Source of the DNA: Schizochytrium sp. TIO01
Taxonomy: Eukaryota; Protista; Bigyra: Labyrinthulomycetes
Length of the DNA: 64,000 nt
Direction of reading: 5' to 3'
Assembly: GCA_004764695.1 (NCBI GenBank)
Contig: SMSO01000004.1
Location: forward strand, 1,798,001-1,862,000
The position numbers and the translations under genes are program-made. Positions 10,175-20,800 of the stretch are shown piece after piece (within the stretch, counting starts at the first letter, position 1; every line of letters begins with the position of its first letter). The notes beneath the pieces are model-generated. The model saw only the letters and a program-made list of their open reading frames with translations, did not search any database and was not told the DNA's origin.

Positions 10175-10863
10175 ATCATGCGATTGCCACCATATTTTGG
10201 AAAGCAAAGCCCATCAGATCATATAACCATAGAATCTTTTATCGATTCTTGTCAACCCGTGGAAATTATGCTAATTCCATCGCGATCTCGCTGGGGCGAG
10301 ACCGCATAATATAAAGTCGTAAATGAAAGCGTATAAAGCTTCAAAGTGTTATCTCAATCGCATGAGCAATATTCTGGGGCACCCTTGCGTGACGAGGATA
10401 GAGCGGATTAAGCTTTTTCGATAACCCCATCCTAACAAAAGACTGCAAACGCCACCTTTGAACGAGCAGATGGGGGCTTGCGAGGGCAAACACAACGTTT
10501 TTAGCAATCACGCCTCCATTCGCAGACCAATATTTCTGTTTTCGATCCCATGCGACTCTCAAAAGAGTAGTTAGTCACTCGTCATATGAAATTCGAAAAT
10601 TCTAAACCACTACGCACGATAATAACAATTGTTTAAAACCCAAGTAAGAATAATAAAAAATATATACTTGTGAATAAAGCTTCTATTAGAGTGCTCTGAG
10701 CAACAAAGTGGGTTAAGTGTGCCATTGGTAGATTGCTTGAGGAATGTTCATTCAATACCAACATCAGAAAGTGAATTAAGCTTGGTATGGCAAAGTGAGT
10801 ACTCTATTTTGCTATCTGCTAGCAAGTTGACGTGTGGGCTTGGTCGTAACATATATGAGTTCT

Positions 10864-12534
10864 TCAATTGGTTTTAATGCGTTTCGTAGAAGGCCGAAAA
10901 AATGAGTCCAAGCGAGCTTGCTGGCCTCTACCCGGTGACACCAAATTCTGCGCAGTTTGTTCATTAGCAAGAGTGCGGTATTCCTCAAGCTTGGTCTTGA
11001 TTTTGTGCATGTTGACATTTCTAGGGCGGATCTTACCATATCGAGCAATATCGCTGTGCGGTTTATCGAAAAGACCAAGGCACCAACCCAAACCTGCGTA
11101 GCTAGGCGGTGAGAGGCCATCAAGCGCAAATTTATCATTTAGATGCACAAGCTTATGCATAGTATCTTCAGCACCATGCGACCATGCGATGATAGCTCGT
11201 CCCCAGGACATTCGACAGTTATTATGTAGTTCACCCGTAGCTTCAAGGAAACGTTGCATCTCATTCCACACTACGCTGTCAGTTTGACATCTTTCAAGTT
11301 CGTCAATTGTGTATTCGGTCTTTGGGTCCCCGGCGTGCTTGTCAAGTGTTGTTCGTGACCACTCTGGGAGTGCAGTATGGGAGTGTGGTGGCTGCGGAGA
11401 ATAGTATGCATGGTTATATGAAACCCCCCTCCACTTATAGAATTCATCAAGATATTTTCTCTTTCCATCGCTTGATGGTAAGCCTTCGAGGTCGCGCGCA
11501 AGGCGGAATGGGCTTACCATACCAAAGTTTAGATATGCCGACATACGAGAGCAGCCGTATTTGAAATGGTGCATGGGATCTGTGCGGCGAGTATGGTACG
11601 TAGATAGACCTTTGGCAAGAAATTGCGCCCAGCGATCATAACCCCTTGTACTGCCACCACGCGAGATGTTGGGAACGGGCTTGACGGTCTGATCAGCACC
11701 TTGGTGGCTTCTGACGTAGGCTTCTATATCAAGAGTTTGAAGGTCATCAGCTGAAAGGAGATCCGGGTTCGATTTGGCATCGGTTACGAAGCCCATGAGG
11801 CCTTTTATGTGCTGTGTTGTCGCCTCTTTAGTATTACGTAGGGGGACCAAGATGTCATCCTCAATAATTTTTGCAGAGGCAATTCGGCTGAAGTGAAGAG
11901 CTTCTTTGCGGCGACCTGATACTGCACGTTCAAAGTGAAATGCGCGTTCATAGTGTTTCCCAGCTACAGCAGCTGGCACGATACATGAGGTGTCAACCTG
12001 CCAGAACTGTTTTGCTGCACCCCGTATCTTAGCCACTACATCTGTAAAGGGTGCTACAAAGGGTTCATCTGTGACTACAAGGCGCGCCTTAGCTGCAAGA
12101 GAGAGGTGCGCCGGTCGTCGACGGCCAGGGTGAGTAACAAGTGCAAAGAACTGAATTTTACCTCCAGATTCTCGCTCAACTTCTTTTGCCATTTCTCGAA
12201 TGCCCTCAAGTGCAAACTGTAGACGGCGAGCTGTAAAGTGCTTCGTTGTATCGAGTACGGGTGCAACCACAACCAGAGGTAATCCTAACTTTTGAGCCGC
12301 CATTCTAGCTGCAAGTAATCCAGGGTTCTCGTGTCCACGCAGCGCAACGATAGGGACATATAACACAAAACCTTCACATGCACTTGTAGCTGGGGACGAT
12401 TTTGGAGATGGATTTTTGGCTACTGCCCGAATCCTCTGCTTAAGAAATGGCACTTCGTTTTCGACGCTAAGTCGGAGGTCTCTTTGAGGGAGCTTCACAG
12501 AGCTTAGTTGCCTGGGATCTTCCTCATGAGCCAT
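10864..12534 (-). CDS. Class II CPD photolyase-like flavoprotein (photolyase/cryptochrome family) with C-terminal PIP-box-like motif and basic tail
   Basis: First ATG at 12534 (the track start at 12606 is GTG). Motifs: VLYVPIVALRGHENPGL, TARRLQFALEG, SRMSAYLNFGMVSP, GELHNNCRMSWG and LNDKFALDGLSPPSYAGLGWCLGLFDKP, compared with class II LNDKYxLDGRDPNGYxGIxWxxGxHDRP. Confidence 0.85.
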   Translation of the reverse strand: MAHEEDPRQLSSVKLPQRDLRLSVENEVPFLKQRIRAVAKNPSPKSSPATSACEGFVLYVPIVALRGHENPGLLAARMAAQKLGLPLVVVAPVLDTTKHFTARRLQFALEGIREMAKEVERESGGKIQFFALVTHPGRRRPAHLSLAAKARLVVTDEPFVAPFTDVVAKIRGAAKQFWQVDTSCIVPAAVAGKHYERAFHFERAVSGRRKEALHFSRIASAKIIEDDILVPLRNTKEATTQHIKGLMGFVTDAKSNPDLLSADDLQTLDIEAYVRSHQGADQTVKPVPNISRGGSTRGYDRWAQFLAKGLSTYHTRRTDPMHHFKYGCSRMSAYLNFGMVSPFRLARDLEGLPSSDGKRKYLDEFYKWRGVSYNHAYYSPQPPHSHTALPEWSRTTLDKHAGDPKTEYTIDELERCQTDSVVWNEMQRFLEATGELHNNCRMSWGRAIIAWSHGAEDTMHKLVHLNDKFALDGLSPPSYAGLGWCLGLFDKPHSDIARYGKIRPRNVNMHKIKTKLEEYRTLANEQTAQNLVSPGRGQQARLDSFFRPSTKRIKTN

Positions 12535-13032
12535 CGTCACAAGCACAACTTGTTTGCAAGGAGGTCTTGATCCCACGTCGAGATCTGTGTTTGATAGCCC
12601 GCCCACAGCAGCTTAGTCGGCCTCCCGTGCCTCTCCGCTATTGAGGCAAGCTCCCTAAAAGGGTTTTAGTTTCTCGCCCTTCCGCTTCGTCTCTGATGTT
12701 CCCGTTGAAGATCTTGCACTATCAGAAAACAAGAACGAAACCAAATAATAAAAAAAGCACAAGTGAAAAGGAAGAAATAAAGTATCTCAGTTTGGGTTCT
12801 AGGAATCTAATATCCTAAAGAGACACGGCCCAGACCGGCATAGAGAACAGCTTCTTCTCTTCTAGAGCAGCATTTGCCTCAGTAGTAATAGGCGCAGGAG
12901 GCTTTCTTTGATTTCCCTATGTCAGTCAACCAATTTGCCATTCGAACTAACAAAGACTTTTGTGCTTTGTCCCTATAATATATTTCTTTCTTCTTCTTGC
13001 CAAGAAAAGCTTTCAAGTTTAGCCCAGTCATA

Positions 13033-13150
13033 GCTCCTAATAAGAGTCTCTCTGTTTGAGACAACTATTTCCTTTTTCATGATGCTCTCAGAGTTTTGCT
13101 CCTAATAAGAGTCTCTCTGTTTGACATAACTATTTCCTTTTTATGATGCT
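13033..13150. repeat. Tandem duplication, 65-bp period, ~2 copies, in the photolyase/WD40 divergent intergenic region
   Basis: gctcctaataagagtctctctgtttgagacaactatttcctttttcatgatgct at 13033 and gctcctaataagagtctctctgtttgacataactatttcctttttatgatgct at 13098. Confidence 0.9.
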
Positions 13151-13262
13151 TTCCGATTTTTGGGCGTAAAAGCGAGAGACCATGAAGCTGACTAGGGGCC
13201 TATATAGTGGAAACCCTGATTCTTCTTTTTTTCCCGTCTCTAACCTTCGGTCGTTATGACTG

Positions 13263-16019
13263 ATGCATTCTAATATTAACTCTACTCCTGCCTTCTCCAG
13301 GTTTGGCAAACCAGAGCAACAACAAAACAGCAAACATCTTCAAAAGCTCGCCGCCGCAAGAGACCTCTTCGACCTGGCACCGTCAACGTTGCCGTCGGTG
13401 CAGCGTTTGCTTGTGTATCCAGGAGGCCACTCACTCTCGCAGCCATCTGCTATGGACTTGAAGCCGTCCGCCTTTCGGCTGCGGCCCCTCGCTGCGCCTC
13501 CCAAGAATCGTCCTGATGGCCTCGCCAGCGTGGCCATCCTTGCCTCTTCTCCGACAACCCACTCTGCCAGCACACGGGTACGCTGGGAGGGTGGTCCAGG
13601 TGGATCGTTGTCTATGGTTGAAACGAACCACATTGGCGTGAGTGAACAAAAACGTGCCTGCTTTGTGGTTTTGAGAAGCTTGGACGGACGCGCTGTGACG
13701 GCGCCAGTAGTGGGCGTAGCAGAGGTGACAGCTTCAGGTCCGCTGGCATTGACATTGTGGCAGTCACATCAGGTTCTGGTTAGCGGGAGGACTCTGAAGG
13801 GAAATGAGGAGTCAGATATAGTGATGCTTGCGATGGAGGCATCGAAAGGACCACTTTCAGGGGCGGTACAGACGATTGCAGCGAATGACGGGATGCTTGC
13901 ATGGGGTACGGATAAAGGCGTTGCTGTTGTCACAAAGGTCGATCTTGAGAATGAAGACGATAGAAAATCACCAAGAGGAGCTGAGATTTTATTGGAGTAC
14001 AGGGAACATAATGCAACGTCTGTGGGATCGGTCGCGTTCTTGCCACGTCAAAGAGTTGCCTTTGGCTTCATGGATGGGATTGTACGTATTTGGCGGATAG
14101 ATCCTGCAAGCCTGGAAACATCGCGGTCCTCAGCCCAGGAGGTAGTGCCAGATATTTGCATTCGCTCGGAACCATGCTGTATTACGAGTCTTGTTGGTTT
14201 GGATCGTGTGTTTACATTACCATCAGTACCTCCATTGCCCACAACAGCTGGATCGAAGATGCTCCAGCCGTTGCTGGTTTCAGGCGCAGAAGACGGCTGC
14301 GTCTTTGTATGGGACCTCCGGCAAGATCAACCAGCCTCGCGTTTGGCTTCTGTTGGGAACTTCACTGGTGACCCAATACACAGCGTAGCTGTGCACCCAC
14401 GCACACATGGACCGAATGAGGAAATTGTAGAGCCTTTGGTTGCTGTAGGCGACGACGCTGGTAGTGTTTGGATATATGCAGGGCCAGAAGCAGCAGATCA
14501 CCGTGCATTAGTTTCTGAACCATGGCGGCTTTTGCACAAATTTGATGTAGGATCGCCCGTGGTCTCTTGTCATTTCTTCGTTGATGGTACATTAGTTGTA
14601 GCAAGCTGCGAGCATGGTGTGCAAGAACATTCTCTCGAGTCGTTGGTCAATCCACTCGCCAAAGAAAAACCTGAATGGGTTGGAGACAGTGAAGAAGGTT
14701 CACCGCGTAAGCTTCAAGGGCACTCTATGGCAGCGGGTAATTCAAATGTGGACTATCTAGAAAGCCAGTATGAAGATGATAACGCCCAAGAGAATCCTCA
14801 ACAAAGTGATACAGTTGACACAGGTAGGGAGAACCATAATGAAGATGGGTTTTTATCTGATAGATCTCATGAGTTTAATGAGGATGTTGAGGAGGAGTAC
14901 AGTTATATCCCAACTACTGTACCAGTCCCTGTCCCAAAACCATTTCCTCTAGGTGCAGACATGAACTATAATGTAGACTCCGAGGTTGAGGGAGAAGAGG
15001 TAGATGATGACGGGTACTTATACGAGGAGGATGATAACTTGCATTATGCTTCAACTAAAGCACACACTAGAGTTAATCCTCAGCACGACATTTCCCTTGA
15101 TCAACACCATGATGATAGAGTTGAGCAGGAGGAAGTTGAAGAAGAGACTATAGCATCACGCGGGTTTGACAGTGACATGCCCTACATAGCACCAGAGGCT
15201 CATGCGAAGCCAGAGTATCCAAGTTTCTCAGAGGAAACTTGCTACGATGGATTTATAGATGAAGACATTCCTCCTCTCCCTTTATCTGCATACCATGAAC
15301 CAAGCCTTCACTCGACTGAGAAGATAAAAGTAGCTTTGGAGAACCTGAAGCTGGTGAACTATGAAGACATTGCCATTGAAAAGGAAGGCAATGCTGTCCC
15401 TGCTGCTGATGGTTCGTCCTCGTCTAGCGTACTGGACACCCGAGAACATGCCCGAGTAGCTACTCAGTCTTTGCATGTGGGCAAACACGAAAGAATGTAT
15501 CAAGATTTGGCTCCATTAGCTGAGACAGACCTAAGTTTGCCTTTACAGCCTCTTTACCAAGTGCGCCGTGCCAAGCCTCAACTTTCTAAGACGTTTCAAC
15601 GCAAAACAATTATGCAACGCCAGCGCGAAGAAATGGAGAAGCATCGTGTCATGCGTCTCGAGCGTCAGCTTCAAGAAGCTGAACTAGGAATGCTTGATGC
15701 GCGAACATCTACAACAACAAAGTCATCTAAACAATCCTCGCGTCGTAGCCCCAAATCACCGCCTTTGGAAGGCGTTGATAGTGATGGTGAAAGCGCAGAT
15801 ATTGGGCACAGGGATCGAAATCATGCTGACCATTCACGCAGCAGATGGGGAGACGCAGCAACGGGAGATGAATACGTGTATACAACTGAGAATATTGATG
15901 AGGATGACGATGCATGGTTACGATCCATGACTCAACGTTGGGCTAGAAAAGAGTTTTACTTGACCAAATCAGCAGATGGCAAAGTTGGCTTTCATCATTT
16001 CCACTCACTGAAACGTTAG
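13263..16019 (+). CDS. WD40-repeat protein with long acidic disordered C-terminal region
   Basis: WD-like repeats (VAFGFMDGIVRIWRI, LLVSGAEDGCVFVWDL, VAVGDDAGSVWIY), then a D/E-rich region and a short coiled coil. The true start may be the ATG at 13452 (MDLKPSAF). Confidence 0.8.
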   Translation: MHSNINSTPAFSRFGKPEQQQNSKHLQKLAAARDLFDLAPSTLPSVQRLLVYPGGHSLSQPSAMDLKPSAFRLRPLAAPPKNRPDGLASVAILASSPTTHSASTRVRWEGGPGGSLSMVETNHIGVSEQKRACFVVLRSLDGRAVTAPVVGVAEVTASGPLALTLWQSHQVLVSGRTLKGNEESDIVMLAMEASKGPLSGAVQTIAANDGMLAWGTDKGVAVVTKVDLENEDDRKSPRGAEILLEYREHNATSVGSVAFLPRQRVAFGFMDGIVRIWRIDPASLETSRSSAQEVVPDICIRSEPCCITSLVGLDRVFTLPSVPPLPTTAGSKMLQPLLVSGAEDGCVFVWDLRQDQPASRLASVGNFTGDPIHSVAVHPRTHGPNEEIVEPLVAVGDDAGSVWIYAGPEAADHRALVSEPWRLLHKFDVGSPVVSCHFFVDGTLVVASCEHGVQEHSLESLVNPLAKEKPEWVGDSEEGSPRKLQGHSMAAGNSNVDYLESQYEDDNAQENPQQSDTVDTGRENHNEDGFLSDRSHEFNEDVEEEYSYIPTTVPVPVPKPFPLGADMNYNVDSEVEGEEVDDDGYLYEEDDNLHYASTKAHTRVNPQHDISLDQHHDDRVEQEEVEEETIASRGFDSDMPYIAPEAHAKPEYPSFSEETCYDGFIDEDIPPLPLSAYHEPSLHSTEKIKVALENLKLVNYEDIAIEKEGNAVPAADGSSSSSVLDTREHARVATQSLHVGKHERMYQDLAPLAETDLSLPLQPLYQVRRAKPQLSKTFQRKTIMQRQREEMEKHRVMRLERQLQEAELGMLDARTSTTTKSSKQSSRRSPKSPPLEGVDSDGESADIGHRDRNHADHSRSRWGDAATGDEYVYTTENIDEDDDAWLRSMTQRWARKEFYLTKSADGKVGFHHFHSLKR

Positions 16020-17510
16020 ATTATTCTCATAACGAAGGACTATTGCAACCCTGTCTTTTTGATTGTAAAAAAGGATGCAGTGCCAGACAGGATGACTATC
16101 TATCAAATATTCTTTGTAGAGTTCTATGCTGCGCTCGCGACCAAAGTTAGACAATTTCAGCTAAGAGTACTCGGAACATTTGAGTATCATTCAGCTGTAG
16201 AGAGAGAGTTCATGCGGTACCATGATTTAGTTAGCCATTTACTGTTATTTTGTACTTGCATTCTCTTCAAAAGTACTCAAGAATATTGTACCCTTTCACT
16301 GACAAGTGATTTTTTTTTTTCTTTTTCTGCGTGAATGTAGCACGAAATCAACTACATTTAATTATATCTATTACAGAAGAACCTAACAAACAAGAACATG
16401 TATATTTGTCCACATTTCACGTGATTATGTTTTGTACTATTTAAGAAACATCACAAAAGAAACAAATAAAGAAACAAACAAATAAACGCACGCGCGGTAA
16501 GAATTATGATTTTTAAAATCAATATAGGAGCTATTTTTAACTTGCGTGCACGAGCAACTATACGAAAAACTCAAAGGAGAGGGGCAAGGTCGAGAATAGA
16601 AGAGATGGATGAAATTTATAATAAGTGTAACGTTTTTCTTGATTACATTGCAATCAATCTAAAAAGTTCTTAGAGCAGTTAAAGGATATATCGGTACTTC
16701 AACAAGCCATAGGAGACAGAGATGGAGACACGAGGACTTTGGATAATATGTATCCATTCACGGACTTAACTCACGCACTGGAGGTGTGGTGTTCCCCGTG
16801 GATGGAAGTACACAAAGTACCTCTTTCCCGTGCAGTTGTTGAAGGTTTTCATAACATAAAATGAGAAAATCAAAGAGAGTTTTTGTTTCTCTGGCATTTT
16901 CACGAGGGAGAAAGCCAAAGCAAACATGAAGGCAGTTGTAACAAAAGGGTTGGCGGAATTTGAGTCCTTTGTGGCGAAGAGCCAACAGTCAACTAACAAA
17001 CCCAAAATATAACACATGGTCGTCTATATGTCTATTCAATGAAGGGTAACACTCTTTCAAAACAGGTCTTTAACTTGCTTTCTAGCAACTAGAAAGGAAA
17101 GCTATAGTAGCCAAACTTTTGTACTGCGAGTGTGTCAACGACAATGTGAATTAAGACGGTTGGGGTTTGTCTTCGAAAGTAAAAAGAGGATCAAATGAGA
17201 AAGAACGGCTCTGTGAGGAGTCTTCATTTCCAATGTACATGATGCAGTGTTCTTTAGAGAAAGGGTCATCGATTGGCAGAGGGAGCACGCCTGGAATTGA
17301 AAGAGCAGTGGACAAAGGTCATGTGGAAAAGATTTATAGCTTGCCGGTAAAACAGATGGCAAGAAGGGGAGAAAGTAGCAGGTTCACAGAATCGCCTCGA
17401 AGGCAATCAATACACTATTAGCACCGAACAAAGCACGTTCCATTTGACTCTTCTCCTTGGTATGCTTGAGTTTTAGACATCCTCTGCAAGTGAATGTCTC
17501 TAACTCCAAA

Positions 17511-19907
17511 TTAGAGATAGGGGGACTGGAAGGTAGTCGTAGAGGTGCCCTCGGCGTGTGTGATGCCGTATACTGGAACTGTTGCTGCAGAGACACGTAG
17601 AGGTGTTCGTGTGATGTGCTCACTCTTTGAGCGGGATATCATCCGCTTTTTATCAGCACGCAGACGAGACTGATCAGGGCGTTGAGCAGCAGCGCGTTCG
17701 GCAGCTGCCGCAAGAATTTTATCACGGTCATTAACCTCAGGAAGGCTAATAAATTCATCGTCTTCCTCTCCAAGACCTGACGGTGCGCGAGTACGTTTTG
17801 ATTTCACAAAGAAAGAAGCCATGCTTGATTTCGCACGACGCAAAAGGTGATGAGACCTTGGGTGGCCCATAGGACCTACATTCACGGCGTCTTCCTGGTC
17901 GACAAGAGACTCGGCAGGGTCTTGTGAGGATGCGTAGGATCCTCCAGACGATGTGCGGCGGTAGCCACGAACAGTACCAGCGCGTACATTTGCGACATAA
18001 TTAGCTGCTGCAGATGGGGTTGATCCAGAACTAGCAGTGAAGGGAGATGACATGCCAATGCAAGAATCATCCTTGGCAGGAGAAGGCCACACATAAGGCG
18101 TTGGTCCGGGCCCTGTCTTTGGTGTAAGCAAGAGCGGCCCAGCAAGCAGGCTATCAAGGGTTGCCATGCTAGCCTCATGGCGCTGCGACTCACCAGACGA
18201 TGCGCGGCGTTTGTTGAATGTAGTTGAACGCATTGTTGGAACACAAGGAGATGAAGATGATGAGGAGGAAGAGGAGGAAGAGGATGATGACAATGTGTGC
18301 GGGTGCATTCTCGTCGCCCGGGGTGGTCTGCTAGCATTGTTGGTGTTAGTTGGTGCGGCGGGTGACATCATGGACTGTGTCAAACCAGCGAACTGAGCAG
18401 CCGCCGCAGCGTAGACATTGCTGGTATCCTGAGGATGGTTGGGAATGAAGTTTACATAAGATGGTGCCCCCTGGCCGCTGGAAGAGTACTGTTGTTGCAT
18501 GGCGGCAGCTGCAGCAGCTGCCGAGGGTGGGAGTGACAGGTAAGTGCTGCTTGCTGCAAGAAAAGATGAGATCGAGAAATTTGCAGGCAGTGAGCGTGGT
18601 CGTTGTGCCGCATTTGAGAAAACAGATTGGGGGATTGATGCAGAGGGGTTTCCAGGTGCGAGAGACATTGAGTTCATAAAAGATCCAGAGGCTGCTGCTG
18701 CAGCAGCAGCTGCCGCTGCAGCCGCAGCTGCCGCTGCAGCCGCAGCTTGTTGTGGCATTGTGGAGTTTTGACATGAAGTTGGCAATTGATAATAGCGAGA
18801 TGAGAATTGGGCCTGTGCAGCCATCATGGCGCGGCGAGCCTGAGGAGACGGTTTATTGGCTTCTTCAAAGGTGCTGCGGTAGCGTACAGTCACGAGGTAT
18901 TCGGGCATAGCCTGAGCTTTGTCGTAGACAACAACCATGTGCATTTCTGAGGATCGACTCGAGAAAGGTCCACCCATAACTGAGTCGTGTAGCACGTGAC
19001 CAGATGCGACGAGAGGAGGAGGGCGTGTGAGTCTCTGGTTGATAGTGTTTTTCATATCGTAGACGTTTCCGAGCGCTACTCGAGCCATCACAATCTGGCG
19101 AGGGCGCAAGAGAGCAGCTTCTTCACTTTCAACCATGCTTTCGAGCTCCTCTCTTGTGAGGTGGCTTTGCTGGGGCAGATAGGCGTAGTTTTTGGCACTG
19201 TAGTTTGGTGTTGTACTGAAATAGCTGCCACATCCATAGTTGCCGTGTCGTGAGCAGCGAGGATCGAAACCCTCTGAGCCGAGACAGACGAGACTGGGGC
19301 AGGTGCGGCCTGTACCGTGAAAGAGGATCTTTTCGTTGACGCCATTAAAGTAAGGTTTCTTGGACATGCGCAGTTTGAAAGAATTATATTGTTCTTGAAG
19401 GTATTCGTTGTGTACAGCTTGCACGCGCGTGACTTCGAGGTGCTCTCCGCACTGTCCCACAACAAATCTCCATTGTTGCGAGTCACGGGCGAGGTCGACG
19501 TAGGCAGGGTGGTTTCCGACGCGGGCGATGATGTCTCGTTTGTGAATGTTTTCGATGGCGCCTGCAAGAGACTCGTATGAAACACGCAGGCTGAGTTCTA
19601 CAAGGGCTCTCTCTAGATTTGTTGGGTATTGGTTATCGCGCGGGTAAAGCCGTGTCCCTGACTCTTGCAGGAGGTCATAAAAGATGGGGGCATCATAGCC
19701 GACACTTTCGTATAGTTGATCAATCTGTTCATGGTTCACCATTGGGTCATTCTTAAGCTCTCTTACAAGCTCGCTCAGCTTGGTAGTGCAGTAAACTTTT
19801 TCATTTGCGGTCAAGCTTTCTGCAAGCTCATTATGGTCTACAAGACTCGCGAACGTACGCGATTCGAACCCGAACCCGCTATCTGTGTCCATGGCGCCCA
19901 GCACCAT
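17511..19907 (-). CDS. PARP catalytic-domain protein (probable mono-ADP-ribosyltransferase) with long low-complexity C-terminal tail
   Basis: Motifs NEKILFHGT, YGCGSYFS, MARVALG and VVYDKAQAMPEYLV. First ATG at 19907 (alternative 19892). Poly-Ala and poly-Ser tracts follow the catalytic domain. Confidence 0.88.
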   Translation of the reverse strand: MVLGAMDTDSGFGFESRTFASLVDHNELAESLTANEKVYCTTKLSELVRELKNDPMVNHEQIDQLYESVGYDAPIFYDLLQESGTRLYPRDNQYPTNLERALVELSLRVSYESLAGAIENIHKRDIIARVGNHPAYVDLARDSQQWRFVVGQCGEHLEVTRVQAVHNEYLQEQYNSFKLRMSKKPYFNGVNEKILFHGTGRTCPSLVCLGSEGFDPRCSRHGNYGCGSYFSTTPNYSAKNYAYLPQQSHLTREELESMVESEEAALLRPRQIVMARVALGNVYDMKNTINQRLTRPPPLVASGHVLHDSVMGGPFSSRSSEMHMVVVYDKAQAMPEYLVTVRYRSTFEEANKPSPQARRAMMAAQAQFSSRYYQLPTSCQNSTMPQQAAAAAAAAAAAAAAAAAAASGSFMNSMSLAPGNPSASIPQSVFSNAAQRPRSLPANFSISSFLAASSTYLSLPPSAAAAAAAMQQQYSSSGQGAPSYVNFIPNHPQDTSNVYAAAAAQFAGLTQSMMSPAAPTNTNNASRPPRATRMHPHTLSSSSSSSSSSSSSSPCVPTMRSTTFNKRRASSGESQRHEASMATLDSLLAGPLLLTPKTGPGPTPYVWPSPAKDDSCIGMSSPFTASSGSTPSAAANYVANVRAGTVRGYRRTSSGGSYASSQDPAESLVDQEDAVNVGPMGHPRSHHLLRRAKSSMASFFVKSKRTRAPSGLGEEDDEFISLPEVNDRDKILAAAAERAAAQRPDQSRLRADKKRMISRSKSEHITRTPLRVSAATVPVYGITHAEGTSTTTFQSPYL

Positions 19908-20297
19908 TCTGTCGCTGTTGTGAATTCTGTGTGTATGGTATATATATATATATGTAAATTTGAACGTCTGTAGGTCTGTCCCGGCAAGCCTCAAAAGGCG
20001 AAGCTGGTAAGCTTGTGAAGCTGCAGTTCGTTACCAATTGTATCTCCACGAAAATAACGTCCTTCTTGTCTAGGTTTTGTTTGCACAAGAACCGAGCGGG
20101 AAAGTGAGTGAGTGAGTGAGTAAGTGAGCGAGCAGAACAGAAGTGGAGTTGTCTCCAAAGTCTTCAGCAGCCTCCAACAAAAATCAAGGACCTCCGTCGG
20201 CACCTCCCAGTGGTTCTTGTACTGCCCGGAAAGAACTGTATACGTGCCAAATCGATGGAACGAAAGCCACGAGAAGGGGAGAGAGGACCAAGAACGA

Positions 20298-20330
20298 GAA
20301 GAAGAAGAAGAAGAAGAAGAAGAAGAAGAA
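20298..20330. repeat. (GAA)11 microsatellite in the putative PARP 5' leader
   Basis: Direct reading. Confidence 0.9.
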
Positions 20331-20479
20331 GACAGGAAGTAGCGCAGAAAAGAAGGAAAAGCAAGTAAGCACAACAAACAGACGATTGATTGAAGAAAGG
20401 AAAGAAGCAACAACTTTGGCGTCTCCTCCTGAAGTAGGCTTCTATGAGCTTTGTGGGCACGAACTGATTGCGCGAGGGC

Positions 20480-20800
20480 TCTACACGGAGGTGCGTGCGA
20501 GGCTTGGCGAGCGCAAGCGCGAAGAGTCGCCGCGGTCTGTCTGGTCTTCTGCGAGGTGAGCTACAGTAAGCTCTAGGTAGTTCTACTCAGAGGACGCGAG
20601 GGAGAGAAAGGAAGAGGCGGTGGATCCTCGTCCGAGGCGCCTTCTCCAATGCGCGAAGGGCGCTTCGCGGCGCGGCGGGGGGGAGGGGATGCCCTCCGCG
20701 GGCTCTGCCTCCTACCGGCGCGAAGACAAGCTTGCTCGCTGCCGCCCGCCTTGGAAGCGGGCTTGCGGCGGCGGCGGTGGCTCGGGCGCGGCTGTGCCTT
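20480..20800. promoter_or_regulatory. GC/CpG-rich island, probable promoter of the PARP-like gene
   Basis: Abrupt GC-rich block (ggcgcttcgcggcgcggcgggggggagggg, gcggcggcggcggtgg) ~0.6-0.9 kb upstream of the minus-strand ATG, bordered by a pyrimidine tract at 20800-21000. The promoter role is inferred from position only. Confidence 0.4.

Noticed and set aside
10260-10305. Hairpins after the dynein light chain as a Helitron 3' end
   Set aside because: No CTRR terminus at the expected distance and no Rep/helicase remnant.
3-19907. RPA32 + photolyase + PARP as a DNA-repair gene cluster
   Set aside because: The genes are interspersed with unrelated genes and the PARP looks like a mono-ART without DNA-binding domains, so chance proximity is sufficient.
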